From positions 1 through 36,838 of the forward strand of contig JBMFSM010000001.1 of the NCBI GenBank assembly GCA_049967555.1: a stretch of DNA of 36,838 nt, given 5' to 3'. The notes under the pieces were generated by a model, which worked only from the letters and a program-made list of their open reading frames with translations, ran no database searches and was not told where the DNA came from. Numbering within the stretch: position 1 is the first letter of the stretch; the number at the start of each line of letters is the position of its first letter. Source of the stretch: Candidatus Micrarchaeia archaeon. Its GTDB lineage: Archaea; Micrarchaeota; Micrarchaeia; Micrarchaeales; CABMGC01. This document shows positions 15,215-23,448 of this stretch, piece after piece. A program made the translations under genes and the position numbers.

Positions 15215-16147
15215 TTAGTTAAATTCGCCGAAATCTATAATTCCAGAAAGCATCTCTTTTGCTTTTTCCATAGAAAGAGGTTTAAGCCCTTTCGCCTTGG
15301 CATATTTTACTTGGTATGTGATATACTGCTCACCTACTTTGGTATCTGGGTTTATCTCCTTGCATTTTTCTATATACTGTATTATTCTTTTGATTGCCTC
15401 TTCCTCACTCAAGCCCATTATGTTTGTGAAATACGGAGCAAGTATAAGATTTACTACTCTATGCCTGAAATCTGGTAGTGGATGTGATAGAAGTTTCTCT
15501 ATCCAAGCATATTTCCCCTTAATGTCTCCACTTATCTTTACCTCCTCAACTGGTATTTTTATCCCTTTTGAAAAATCTAAAATCTCTCTCGGAAGTGCTC
15601 TCTTGGCTATTGGCAAGCCTTGAAGTATTGCCTTACGCGAGGCATTTTCTAGCAAGCCTATAAGCTTGTACCTTTCAATATACACTATCCCTTTGCTTAG
15701 CCTCTGGTGTATGAGGAGATACTCCTCTTTCTTCGGAGCATTTTCTAAGTACGTGCCAAAACTTACCAGGAACATATCCCCTTCTGTTCCTATCTTTATA
15801 TCTAGCTCCTCACCTATATACTTTATATTTTCAACCGTCTCTGATGCGAGAGCGCTTGCAACCCTTCTTGCCTCTGCTTCTGCGAAGATGCTTACTGCCA
15901 AGCCTCCGAGAGCGCTTGCCAGCATGCGGGCATATACATAACTTATAAGATAGCTCAACCTAAGTTCATCAGAGTCAGATTCACTGAATTCTATAACTCT
16001 TTTGTCAAGCGCTTCTGTAAGCCTAAGCTTGCCTAGCTCGAGGTACTTTTGCTCTATTTTATTAGCTTCTGGCAGATTTTTTATAGCCTCTTTTGCTTCC
16101 TTTGAAAAAGGATACTTGTATGCTATCTCGAGGATCTTACCTAGCAT
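15215..16147 (-). CDS. priL: DNA primase large subunit PriL-like
   Basis: KYPFSKEAKE at the N-terminus, AEAEARRVASAL and SKGIVYIERYKLIGLLENASRKAI parallel Sulfolobus PriL (KKYPF..., AYAEAKQF..., [24 protein letters not shown]). The C-terminal WIEKLLSHPLPDFRHRVVNLILAPYFTNIMGLSEEEA resembles euryarchaeal PriL. The protein has only one Cys. Confidence 0.65.
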   Translation of the reverse strand: MLGKILEIAYKYPFSKEAKEAIKNLPEANKIEQKYLELGKLRLTEALDKRVIEFSESDSDELRLSYLISYVYARMLASALGGLAVSIFAEAEARRVASALASETVENIKYIGEELDIKIGTEGDMFLVSFGTYLENAPKKEEYLLIHQRLSKGIVYIERYKLIGLLENASRKAILQGLPIAKRALPREILDFSKGIKIPVEEVKISGDIKGKYAWIEKLLSHPLPDFRHRVVNLILAPYFTNIMGLSEEEAIKRIIQYIEKCKEINPDTKVGEQYITYQVKYAKAKGLKPLSMEKAKEMLSGIIDFGEFN

Positions 16148-16278
16148 ACTTTACATTCAGAATAAAAATATAAAACACCTTGCAATAGGTCAATCACTGT
16201 ATTTCAACAGCCACCTCTTATGGCACGCCCATATTGCTAAACTAATAAAAATATAATACTTCCCCCAGAGAATTATAT

Positions 16279-16593
16279 ATGCCTGTTGATGAAAAACTTT
16301 TAAATAAGGTTGCAAGTTATAGAATAAGTCGACTTCTGGAGTTGGCAGAAGCCAATGCAAAAAGAAACACTATTTTCTCTATAAATCTTTCAAAAAGATA
16401 TGTGTGGCTTGCCAGAATGATAAGCATGCATCATAAAATAAAAATACCAAAAAAGAGCAAGTTCAAAATATGTAAGAAATGCAATAATTTTTTGATACCG
16501 GGAATTAACTGCGACGTAACTATTGCAAGTTCAAAACATTTTATTGTATATAAGTGCAAATGTGGTTGGGAAAACCACTTTTTTTATAAATAA
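16279..16593 (+). CDS. rnp4: RNase P protein component 4 (Rpp21 homologue)
   Basis: 104 aa. A helical N-terminus (RISRLLELAE...LSKRYVWLARMISMHHKIKIP) is followed by a zinc ribbon CKKC...CKCG. Confidence 0.75.
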   Translation: MPVDEKLLNKVASYRISRLLELAEANAKRNTIFSINLSKRYVWLARMISMHHKIKIPKKSKFKICKKCNNFLIPGINCDVTIASSKHFIVYKCKCGWENHFFYK

Positions 16594-17115
16594 TTATTTT
16601 ACGCCAAGCTTCTCAAGAAACACCTGAGCAAACATCTCTGTATTTTCCGGATTTCTTGCAGTTATTATATTCCTGTCAAATTCTATTTCCATAGGGGAAT
16701 TTTTACCATGATATATCCTAATGAGCCTTTGGGTATCCTCGTCTACCGTGGCTGAGATATTCGCATCCGCAATTATATTTGAGCGTGCCACAATTTTTAC
16801 TGCATTCCCGATTGCGCCTACAATTTTTCTTGAATCATAAAAGTGTCTTATTAAATCAAGTAGCGGCCTAAAATCATAAAGTTTGTATTCATCGATGCCT
16901 TCTCCATCTATCAATATGATACCATCAAAATCCTCCACATTTATTTTTGCTGCGTTTATGTCTGGCTTGCATGCCATTCCATGCTTACCTATGCATTCTT
17001 TTGTGGAGTAGCTCGTTATAATATCATTAACCTTCCATTTCTCAAGTATGAGCTTTACCATAGAAAACGATTCATCCCTAAAATCTTTGGGCGGTATGAA
17101 GATTGCAACTTTCAA
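16594..17115 (-). CDS. DJ-1/PfpI family protein lacking the catalytic Cys-His
   Basis: 173 aa that aligns with PfpI (MKV..., FDGIILIDG). The nucleophile elbow reads VGAIGNAVKIV instead of VASICHGPQIL. Confidence 0.7.
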   Translation of the reverse strand: MKVAIFIPPKDFRDESFSMVKLILEKWKVNDIITSYSTKECIGKHGMACKPDINAAKINVEDFDGIILIDGEGIDEYKLYDFRPLLDLIRHFYDSRKIVGAIGNAVKIVARSNIIADANISATVDEDTQRLIRIYHGKNSPMEIEFDRNIITARNPENTEMFAQVFLEKLGVK

Positions 17116-17165
17116 TTAATCACAAATTTATTATGAATATTAATACATATAATTTTTTCTATTTT

Positions 17166-19127
17166 TCATGATGTTTGTTTGAATCTCCTTTTTGAAATAA
17201 AGTATGTTGCGGCTATTGCACCCCCTACCATAATAACAACTGCAAAATCTGTCAATGAAAAGAAGATCAATGTAGTCCCTCCTCCACCTGTCACAAGGGC
17301 ATGTTGTGTTATCCCAATATAAGATATGCTTGCATTTACATATCCATATGGCACGTTTGTTAGCTCCAAATTCCCATTTGTATATTTGCTATAGGTAGTT
17401 TTGTTGGAAAAGGTAAGCATTGCATAAGCGTTTATCGGCAAGCCAAAAATATCTGTTGTTTCTATTTTTACGTTATATACACTCAAGGTTATATTTATTC
17501 TCTCTGGCCCAGATACATTAAGTTCTTTATCGGAATAAATTCTAACCCCTTTATACATTACATAATTAACAACAGATCCATTTCCCCCAAACAAAAACAT
17601 AGTCCCATTTGTCTGTTTCCCGTTTATGCCCATATATGTAACATTAATAGGTTGGCCGTAGGCATTTTCAGCAACAATTTTTACCAAATATTCATTCTTA
17701 AATTTGGCAGATATACTAATTGGCTTACTCACGGAAATGGAAAATGTCGGGCTTGTGTTCCCATTGCTCCATTCATAAAAAGCCATCCTTTTGCTTGTGG
17801 TCTGATTTATTATAGTATGCTGCAAACTCAAATTGGCAGTGCTTCCTGCTTTATACCAGCCTGTTCCTGTAGCATTTCCATAAGGTGTTTTTGCTAATAC
17901 TAAATATTCAGGCTCCCATTCTGCACTTATATTTGCGGGTTTGCTTGCAGTCGCATAACCCACTAGGTTTCTGTTGCCGTTGCTCCATCCCATAAAAACA
18001 AACCTGGTTGTGTTATTTTTATATACAACGTCTGGGGTTATATTATATTCAATAATGCTCCCATTTTCATACCATCCAGTTCCCTTTGCAGTGCCGTATT
18101 GTGAAGAAATTCCCACAAAATACTCAATTTTCCATTGTGCTGTTTCAGTTATATTACCATCTATACTTATTTCACTGCTATTGTCTGGGCCAGTATATGA
18201 ACCAAAACCTTTGCCAATCCATCCAGAAAAAACAGCCTTGGTGTCTGGCGAGAGATAAATATATTGAGGGGCGCTGATTCTCACCTTAGAATAAGCAACA
18301 TATTTTGTTGTATTGCCTATATTGCCATACTGTGATTTTATTATAAGATAATAACCAAGGTTCCAAAGCACAGTACCATTATAAAGTTGCGGAAGACCTG
18401 AGCCAACTTCAAAATAATTTACAATACTGCCAATTTCCTTAACACCATACAGGTTTTTTTCATTATTTTCGCTCCCTACACCATAACCTATATATGAATA
18501 TCCTTTTGCCACTTGGTACCATTTATTGTACTGATACGCGCTCAAATTTTCAAACAAAACATCCTTTATATATTCATAATTTATGCTTGTATTTGCCACT
18601 TCACCAAATGCGACTGGCACATTATTGCCGGATGAATCCGTACCTAATTCTGCACTTCCTTCTATCTTTCCATCAAAAGTAAAATACCAGGTATTGCCTA
18701 CAGAATAAAAGCCATATCTATGCATGCTTCCATTTATGCCTGCCGACCCTTCTGGACCTATTCCTCCAAGAAAACCGCCGTTATAATTAGGTGGAAAATA
18801 TTCATAAAACCATTCTGCATCACCTGCGTTAATAACTTGGTAGTTGAAGCAACCACTTTCATTGCAGATACTCGGATAGTTTCCTGTTTCATTTTCTATG
18901 AGATAGCCACATTGAACAAAAGCATCATTTGAGAGCGTTTCTCCAACCCAAAAGCCAAGCGAGCCTTGACTTATATTCTGCTGTATGGTTTTTATTTCTA
19001 CACTTGCGCCATTATTCATCGAAGCACTTGTACCTCCTCTAGCCCCAAACTGAAACCAATACTGTGCATGTGTGCATATCGGCAACGCAAAGAGCGCAAC
19101 AATAATAAAAAATCTAAGCTCTTTCAT
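17166..19127 (-). CDS. Secreted, C-terminally membrane-anchored surface glycoprotein; N-terminal possible glutamic peptidase (G1/eqolisin)-like domain plus repeated beta-sandwich modules
   Basis: Signal peptide MKELRFFIIVALFALPICTHAQ and C-terminal TM plus basic tail (FAVVIMVGGAIAATYFISKRRFKQTS). Many N-x-S/T sequons. The N-domain motifs FWVGE, VQCGY and AEWFYEYFPP resemble the G1 peptidase motifs WVGIDG, QTG and WYEWYP. Three modules of the type YGxAxGTGWYxxGS...F.GWSNGN...A.W..EY follow (InlB B-repeat-like). Confidence 0.8.
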   Translation of the reverse strand: MKELRFFIIVALFALPICTHAQYWFQFGARGGTSASMNNGASVEIKTIQQNISQGSLGFWVGETLSNDAFVQCGYLIENETGNYPSICNESGCFNYQVINAGDAEWFYEYFPPNYNGGFLGGIGPEGSAGINGSMHRYGFYSVGNTWYFTFDGKIEGSAELGTDSSGNNVPVAFGEVANTSINYEYIKDVLFENLSAYQYNKWYQVAKGYSYIGYGVGSENNEKNLYGVKEIGSIVNYFEVGSGLPQLYNGTVLWNLGYYLIIKSQYGNIGNTTKYVAYSKVRISAPQYIYLSPDTKAVFSGWIGKGFGSYTGPDNSSEISIDGNITETAQWKIEYFVGISSQYGTAKGTGWYENGSIIEYNITPDVVYKNNTTRFVFMGWSNGNRNLVGYATASKPANISAEWEPEYLVLAKTPYGNATGTGWYKAGSTANLSLQHTIINQTTSKRMAFYEWSNGNTSPTFSISVSKPISISAKFKNEYLVKIVAENAYGQPINVTYMGINGKQTNGTMFLFGGNGSVVNYVMYKGVRIYSDKELNVSGPERINITLSVYNVKIETTDIFGLPINAYAMLTFSNKTTYSKYTNGNLELTNVPYGYVNASISYIGITQHALVTGGGGTTLIFFSLTDFAVVIMVGGAIAATYFISKRRFKQTS

Positions 19128-19914
19128 AGTCTAAGCCTAATTTATTTAATTCTGCAATGACTTTATTTCTTGTTTCTGAGTTTATGCTTTTCCAGTCTAT
19201 TACTGCAGCATCAATCGGCTTGCTTGATCTGATAACAGCTTGTTCAAGCATAAAAAAATTTTCCCCATTGTTCTCTATTGCATATTTAGGTAACATATGT
19301 GCAAAAGCATAGCCTTTGCTAAGCGCAAGTTCGGTAAATCTCATAGGGTAATGCGTATTTCCTATGCCTATTGCTACCTTTTCAAACTCTATATTTTTTT
19401 TATCAAGCACACCATATACTGCATCACCCACAACTTTAGCATACTCCTCATTTTCTATGGTTGATTGATTTCCACCTATTTCTACGAATAGTGAAGGTGT
19501 TTTTAACAGCGGGCCATGGTGTGTTGCTTCATATGTTACCTCTATACCTTCAATGTTCTTTTTCTTATAATTTCTTAACATTTCGAGCATTTCCAAAGGG
19601 GCAGCATATGAGAGTTCATATGGCTTGCCACCAAGCCTAGCTTCCCTTGTCCAGTTTCCTGTTGCGTGTGTAGTAAATGCAGATATGCCTTGTGCACTGC
19701 TGTGCTTGCTGAGGAAGAAAATAAGTTCAAGTCCATATCCATCTAAGTCGTCAAGGTTGATAAGTTGGTCGTTAGTTTCATATATATTAACATCCCCACG
19801 TGAAAAACATCTTTTCCCAGAAACTGAATTTTCACTAAAGGAATATTCTCTCTTCAAATAGTTGGCAATATTGAGCGATGCTTTGTCTTGGTTAGAGTAA
19901 AAAATCCCAATCAT
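19114..19914 (-). CDS. dtdA: Archaeal D-aminoacyl-tRNA deacylase (DTD2 type)
   Basis: 266 aa. FTTHATGNW, YEATHHGP and PSLFVEIGGNQSTIENEE match the DtdA family pattern. It overlaps the downstream gene by 14 nt. Confidence 0.7.
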   Translation of the reverse strand: MIGIFYSNQDKASLNIANYLKREYSFSENSVSGKRCFSRGDVNIYETNDQLINLDDLDGYGLELIFFLSKHSSAQGISAFTTHATGNWTREARLGGKPYELSYAAPLEMLEMLRNYKKKNIEGIEVTYEATHHGPLLKTPSLFVEIGGNQSTIENEEYAKVVGDAVYGVLDKKNIEFEKVAIGIGNTHYPMRFTELALSKGYAFAHMLPKYAIENNGENFFMLEQAVIRSSKPIDAAVIDWKSINSETRNKVIAELNKLGLDYERA

Positions 19915-19954
19915 TTCAATACCTTTTTATCTTTTTACAACTTATTTCATTGCA

Positions 19955-20215
19955 ATGTATAATTATATATCTTTTATAGGATTTTTTCTTGTAATCTTAG
20001 GATTTACAATTTTATTATTTTATACTTTTTTAAATTTGAATCCAAAAAATTCAAATTCAAGCATGCAGAATACAAGCTCAGCAGGAATAATCTTAATAGG
20101 GCCTATACCTTTTGCCTTCGGTACATCCTCTTCTTCTTTAATCTTTGTAGAGTTGTTGACTATAATCTTAATTTTAATTTCGATATTGTTTTTCTTTGTC
20201 TTCTCAAGAAGATAA
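19955..20215 (+). CDS. Small archaeal membrane protein, DUF131-like
   Basis: 86 aa with two TM helices and the central GIILIGPIPFAFGTS motif typical of this family. Confidence 0.5.
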   Translation: MYNYISFIGFFLVILGFTILLFYTFLNLNPKNSNSSMQNTSSAGIILIGPIPFAFGTSSSSLIFVELLTIILILISILFFFVFSRR

Positions 20216-20263
20216 TGTATAATTATAAGCTTTTTCATCGCTATATTTATATAAGGGGATTAT

Positions 20264-21007
20264 ATGTTTGAAATAAAAATAGACAATGCAAAGTATTGGC
20301 GCGATTGTGTAGAATCAATAGTAAGCTTGATAGATGAAGGTTCATTCAACATATCTAAAGAAGGTATAAGTCTGAAGGCAATGGATCCTAGCGGGATAAG
20401 TATGGTGTCTTTTTCCATGCCAAGCAAGGCATTTTCAAAATTCGATGTTGAAAAACCAACCAGTATTGGTCTTAATATAGAAAATCTTGGCAAGGTGCTT
20501 TCAAGGGCAAGGGACGATGAAACATTGATAATGAAGGATGCCGATTCAAAACTTCTTATGGAATTTGTAGGAAAAGGGGTAAGAAGAAGATATAAAATCC
20601 CGTTGATAGATGTAAGAAAAAATGTCGAGAAAGAGCCCAATGTTCAGTTCGATGCGAATATAGAAGTTTCTGGCGAACCTCTAAAAGAGATAATTAAAGA
20701 TGCGAACCTTATTTCATCATATATTTCTTTCAAAGCAGCAAAAGATAATTTTACAATAACTGCTCACGGTGATTCTGGAGAATTGGAAGAGATACACGAG
20801 TCTGATGGAAACGTAATAAAAAAGCTAGAAACGCAAAAAACAGCAAACGCCACTTTCAATCTGGAGTATCTTGAAAACATGGTAAAATCCTGCCCTATTG
20901 GAAGTCCGATAAGCATGGCGCTTAAAACAGACGAGCCAATAAAAATGAGTTATAACATCGGCGACGCTACAATAACTTATTTCCTTGCTCCTTATATGGA
21001 AAGCTAA
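20264..21007 (+). CDS. pcn: DNA polymerase sliding clamp PCNA
   Basis: 247 aa. MFEIKIDNAKYWRDCVESIVSLIDEGSFNISKEGISLKAMDPSGISMVSF is a typical archaeal PCNA N-terminus. Confidence 0.9.
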   Translation: MFEIKIDNAKYWRDCVESIVSLIDEGSFNISKEGISLKAMDPSGISMVSFSMPSKAFSKFDVEKPTSIGLNIENLGKVLSRARDDETLIMKDADSKLLMEFVGKGVRRRYKIPLIDVRKNVEKEPNVQFDANIEVSGEPLKEIIKDANLISSYISFKAAKDNFTITAHGDSGELEEIHESDGNVIKKLETQKTANATFNLEYLENMVKSCPIGSPISMALKTDEPIKMSYNIGDATITYFLAPYMES

Positions 21008-21030
21008 AGGTAAATAGTCATGGTGGTATA

Positions 21031-21303
21031 ATGTCTGAAGAAAATGTTGATGAAAATACGAAAAATCTTAACAGGGCGAGGCAATCGCTTGTTGAGGAAT
21101 TGCAAGCAATAATGTATTATGATGAAAGAATAAGTGCAACTAAAAACAACGATTTAAAAAAAATCCTTGAGCATAACAGGGACGACGAAAAAGAACACGC
21201 ATCACTTCTTCTCGAATGGATTAGAAGAAATGATCCACAGTTGGCAAAAGAGATTAAAGAAATAATCTCAAGCAATAAAAAATTTGAGGAGCTTTGGGAC
21301 TAA
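21031..21303 (+). CDS. EncFtn-type (encapsulated-ferritin-like) ferritin-like protein without an obvious cargo-loading peptide
   Basis: 90 aa. RARQSLVEELQAIMYYDERI...LKKILEHNRDDEKEHASLLLEWIRRNDPQ parallels EncFtn (HRALVTLIEELEAVDWYQQR...HNKNEEVEHAMMTLEWIRRRSP). Confidence 0.7.
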   Translation: MSEENVDENTKNLNRARQSLVEELQAIMYYDERISATKNNDLKKILEHNRDDEKEHASLLLEWIRRNDPQLAKEIKEIISSNKKFEELWD

Positions 21304-21355
21304 CAATACCTCTATATGTGTGCACTGCTCTACTTACACATAACGAAACAAAAAG

Positions 21356-21430
21356 TGGGCCCGGAGAGATTTGAACTCTCGACCTACGGCTTATAAGACC
21401 GCCGCTCTGACCAGGCTGAGCTACGAGCCC
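21356..21430 (-). tRNA. tRNA-Ile with genomically encoded anticodon TAT (UAU)
   Basis: Reverse strand folds as GGGCTCG-TA-GCTC-AGCCTGGTCA-GAGC-G-GCGGT-CTTATAA-GCCGT-AGGTC-GAGAG-TTCAAAT-CTCTC-CGGGCCC-A. T33 and A37 are in place. No CCA is encoded. Confidence 0.85.
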
Positions 21431-21440
21431 CTTATTTATT

Positions 21441-21460
21441 TTTATAAGATATAAATTTAT
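21441..21460 (-). promoter_or_regulatory. TATA-box region of the tRNA-Ile promoter
   Basis: The reverse strand reads ataaatttatatcttataaa at -31..-12 relative to the tRNA 5' end. Confidence 0.45.
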
Positions 21461-21481
21461 AGCTTACTTATTTGCTCCTAA

Positions 21482-21697
21482 GGCAAAGATACTACACTTT
21501 TCAATATAGATGAATTGCATTGCGATACGATAAATACTAGCTTTTCCTCCACTATAATTCCGTTAACGGCAGCAAAGCCTATAAAATCCTGTGCGGCATT
21601 TTGCCGGAAACGTTATACTGTAGATAAAATAACAAATGTAAAATATAAAGAATCATCGGCCAATAAGGTTGACATAAATATAATTTCCAACATCTTC
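21482..21697. repeat. Copy B of the tRNA-linked paralogous element (copy A at 1121..1320)
   Basis: Same orientation as copy A. It starts 52 nt upstream of the tRNA-Ile 5' end. It contains track ORF 21515..21763 (TTG start only). Relative to copy A it carries a -1/+1 indel pair around 21595..21615. Confidence 0.6.
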
Positions 21698-22038
21698 CGC
21701 TATATGATATATAGTGCACCGGAAAGGTGCAAAATAATCGTAAAGATATATTGTTCTGCATGAACCGGGATTTTGTTCATGCTCTCATAAAGTGGTATCT
21801 CAAATGTGCTGTCAATTTCGTATCTGTAAAAAGAATGAAAAACTTAAATATCAAAAATAACATAATTAAAGACAGAATTGATGGAATCAAGTGGGTTTAT
21901 GTGATAGTTTAAATATAATCAAATATCTGAAGGGGAAAACTATAAGCTTAGCAAATATTATTCAGTGAAAATGAAGGTTATTTAAATTTTCAACATCTTA
22001 AATATTTATTGTATCTTCTTCTATTTACTTGTGGTTGA

Positions 22039-23352
22039 ATGGATCTTGGAGAAGGATTAAGAAAGGCGATTGCCAAGCTAAAAGGCGCTACGATAATAGA
22101 TTCTAAAACTATAAAAGAATTCAACAAAGAACTTCAAAAAGTCCTTTTGAGCGCAGACGTAGAGGTAAAGCTTGTTTTTGAATTTACGAAGTCCATAGAG
22201 GATGCGGCGCTTCATGAGGAAGTACCCCCAGGTGTGTCTCAAAAAGACTTCATATTGAATAAGGTCTATGAAGAACTAGTAAGGCTACTTGGCAAAAAAT
22301 TTGAGCCAGAATTGAAGCCAAAGCGGATTATTTTACTAGGCATATATGGCTCCGGGAAAACCACCACTGCAGCAAAGCTTGCAAAATTTTATCAAGACCG
22401 CGGCTTAAGTGCTGGTTTAATATGCTGCGATGTTTCCAGGCCTGCTGCGTATGAACAGCTTTCTACATTGGCAAAGCAAGCTAATATAGCGTTCTTTGGG
22501 ATAAAAGGGGAAAAAGATCCAGCCAAGATAGCGCAAGCTGGAGCCGAAGCACTAAAAGATAAGAAAGTGCTAATCTGTGATTCAAGTGGAAGAAGCGCGT
22601 TAGATACCGAGCTCATAACTGAACTAAAGCGCGTAGTTGATGCTTTTAAGCCTGATGAGAAGCTCCTTGTTATCAATGCAGACATAGGGCAGGTAGCAAG
22701 CAAGCAGGCGAAGGAATTTGACAGCGCAGTAGCAATAAGTGGCGTGATAATAACAAAGCTCGACGGCTCTGGAAAAGGTGGTGGTGCGCTTAGTGCTGTT
22801 GCAGCAGCCAATGCAAGGGTAACTTTCATAGGGACTGGCGAAAAACTTAATGCGCTTGAACTGTACGATCCTAACAAGTTTGTGGGAAGACTGCTTGGTA
22901 TACCTGATATAGAGGGCATAGTTTCTACGGTGCAGGAGGCGATAAAAGAAGCAAACATAAATCCAGAAGATGTTAATATAGAGGAGCTTAATTTTGAGAC
23001 TTTTTACACCCAACTCAAAGCAATGTCAAAGATGGGTCCTTTAAAAAACATGTTGAACATGTTTGGTGTAGTGGATGCACCAAAGGATGTAATAAGCAAA
23101 AGCGAAGAGAAATTGAAGAAATATAAGGCAATAATTTCTTCGATGACTGCTGAAGAAAGAAAAGATGAAAAAATAATGCATGATTCTAGTAGAATAAAAC
23201 GTGTAGCAAAAGGAAGTGGGGTGACCGAAAAAGACGTCAGGGATTTGCTTAGTGATTTTGCTAAGATGAAAAAATTAATTAACACTTTCCAAAACGATAG
23301 GAACTTTAGGGGGATGGCAACAAAATTTAAAGGGTTCGATATTAAAAAATAA
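22039..23352 (+). CDS. srp54: Signal recognition particle protein SRP54
   Basis: 437 aa with N, G and Met-rich M domains. Motifs seen: GIYGSGKTTTAAKLA, DSSGR, TKLDG, and LKAMSKMGPLKNMLNMF. Confidence 0.9.
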   Translation: MDLGEGLRKAIAKLKGATIIDSKTIKEFNKELQKVLLSADVEVKLVFEFTKSIEDAALHEEVPPGVSQKDFILNKVYEELVRLLGKKFEPELKPKRIILLGIYGSGKTTTAAKLAKFYQDRGLSAGLICCDVSRPAAYEQLSTLAKQANIAFFGIKGEKDPAKIAQAGAEALKDKKVLICDSSGRSALDTELITELKRVVDAFKPDEKLLVINADIGQVASKQAKEFDSAVAISGVIITKLDGSGKGGGALSAVAAANARVTFIGTGEKLNALELYDPNKFVGRLLGIPDIEGIVSTVQEAIKEANINPEDVNIEELNFETFYTQLKAMSKMGPLKNMLNMFGVVDAPKDVISKSEEKLKKYKAIISSMTAEERKDEKIMHDSSRIKRVAKGSGVTEKDVRDLLSDFAKMKKLINTFQNDRNFRGMATKFKGFDIKK

Positions 23353-23448
23353 AAAGCAAAATCATATCTATCTCGACATCGGTCTGCTGATCTTCAAATA
23401 AAAATCAGTGTCAAATCTGCATAAAGGATTCGAATATAGAGGTGCATC

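Noticed and set aside
21715-21731. caccGGAAAggtg hairpin next to srp54, considered as SRP (7S) RNA helix 8
   Set aside because: The loop is 5 nt, not a GNAR tetraloop. The flanking conserved helix-8 internal-loop sequences are absent, and the surrounding ~300 nt are AT-rich, unlike archaeal 7S RNA.
21727-21912. 61-aa ORF (GTG start; MQNNRKDILFCMNRDF...) in the large intergenic gap
   Set aside because: It has a non-ATG start, Asn/Lys/Ile-rich composition as expected by chance in AT-rich DNA, and no motif. It overlaps the 8-bp hairpin. It is kept only as part of the unassigned-region finding.
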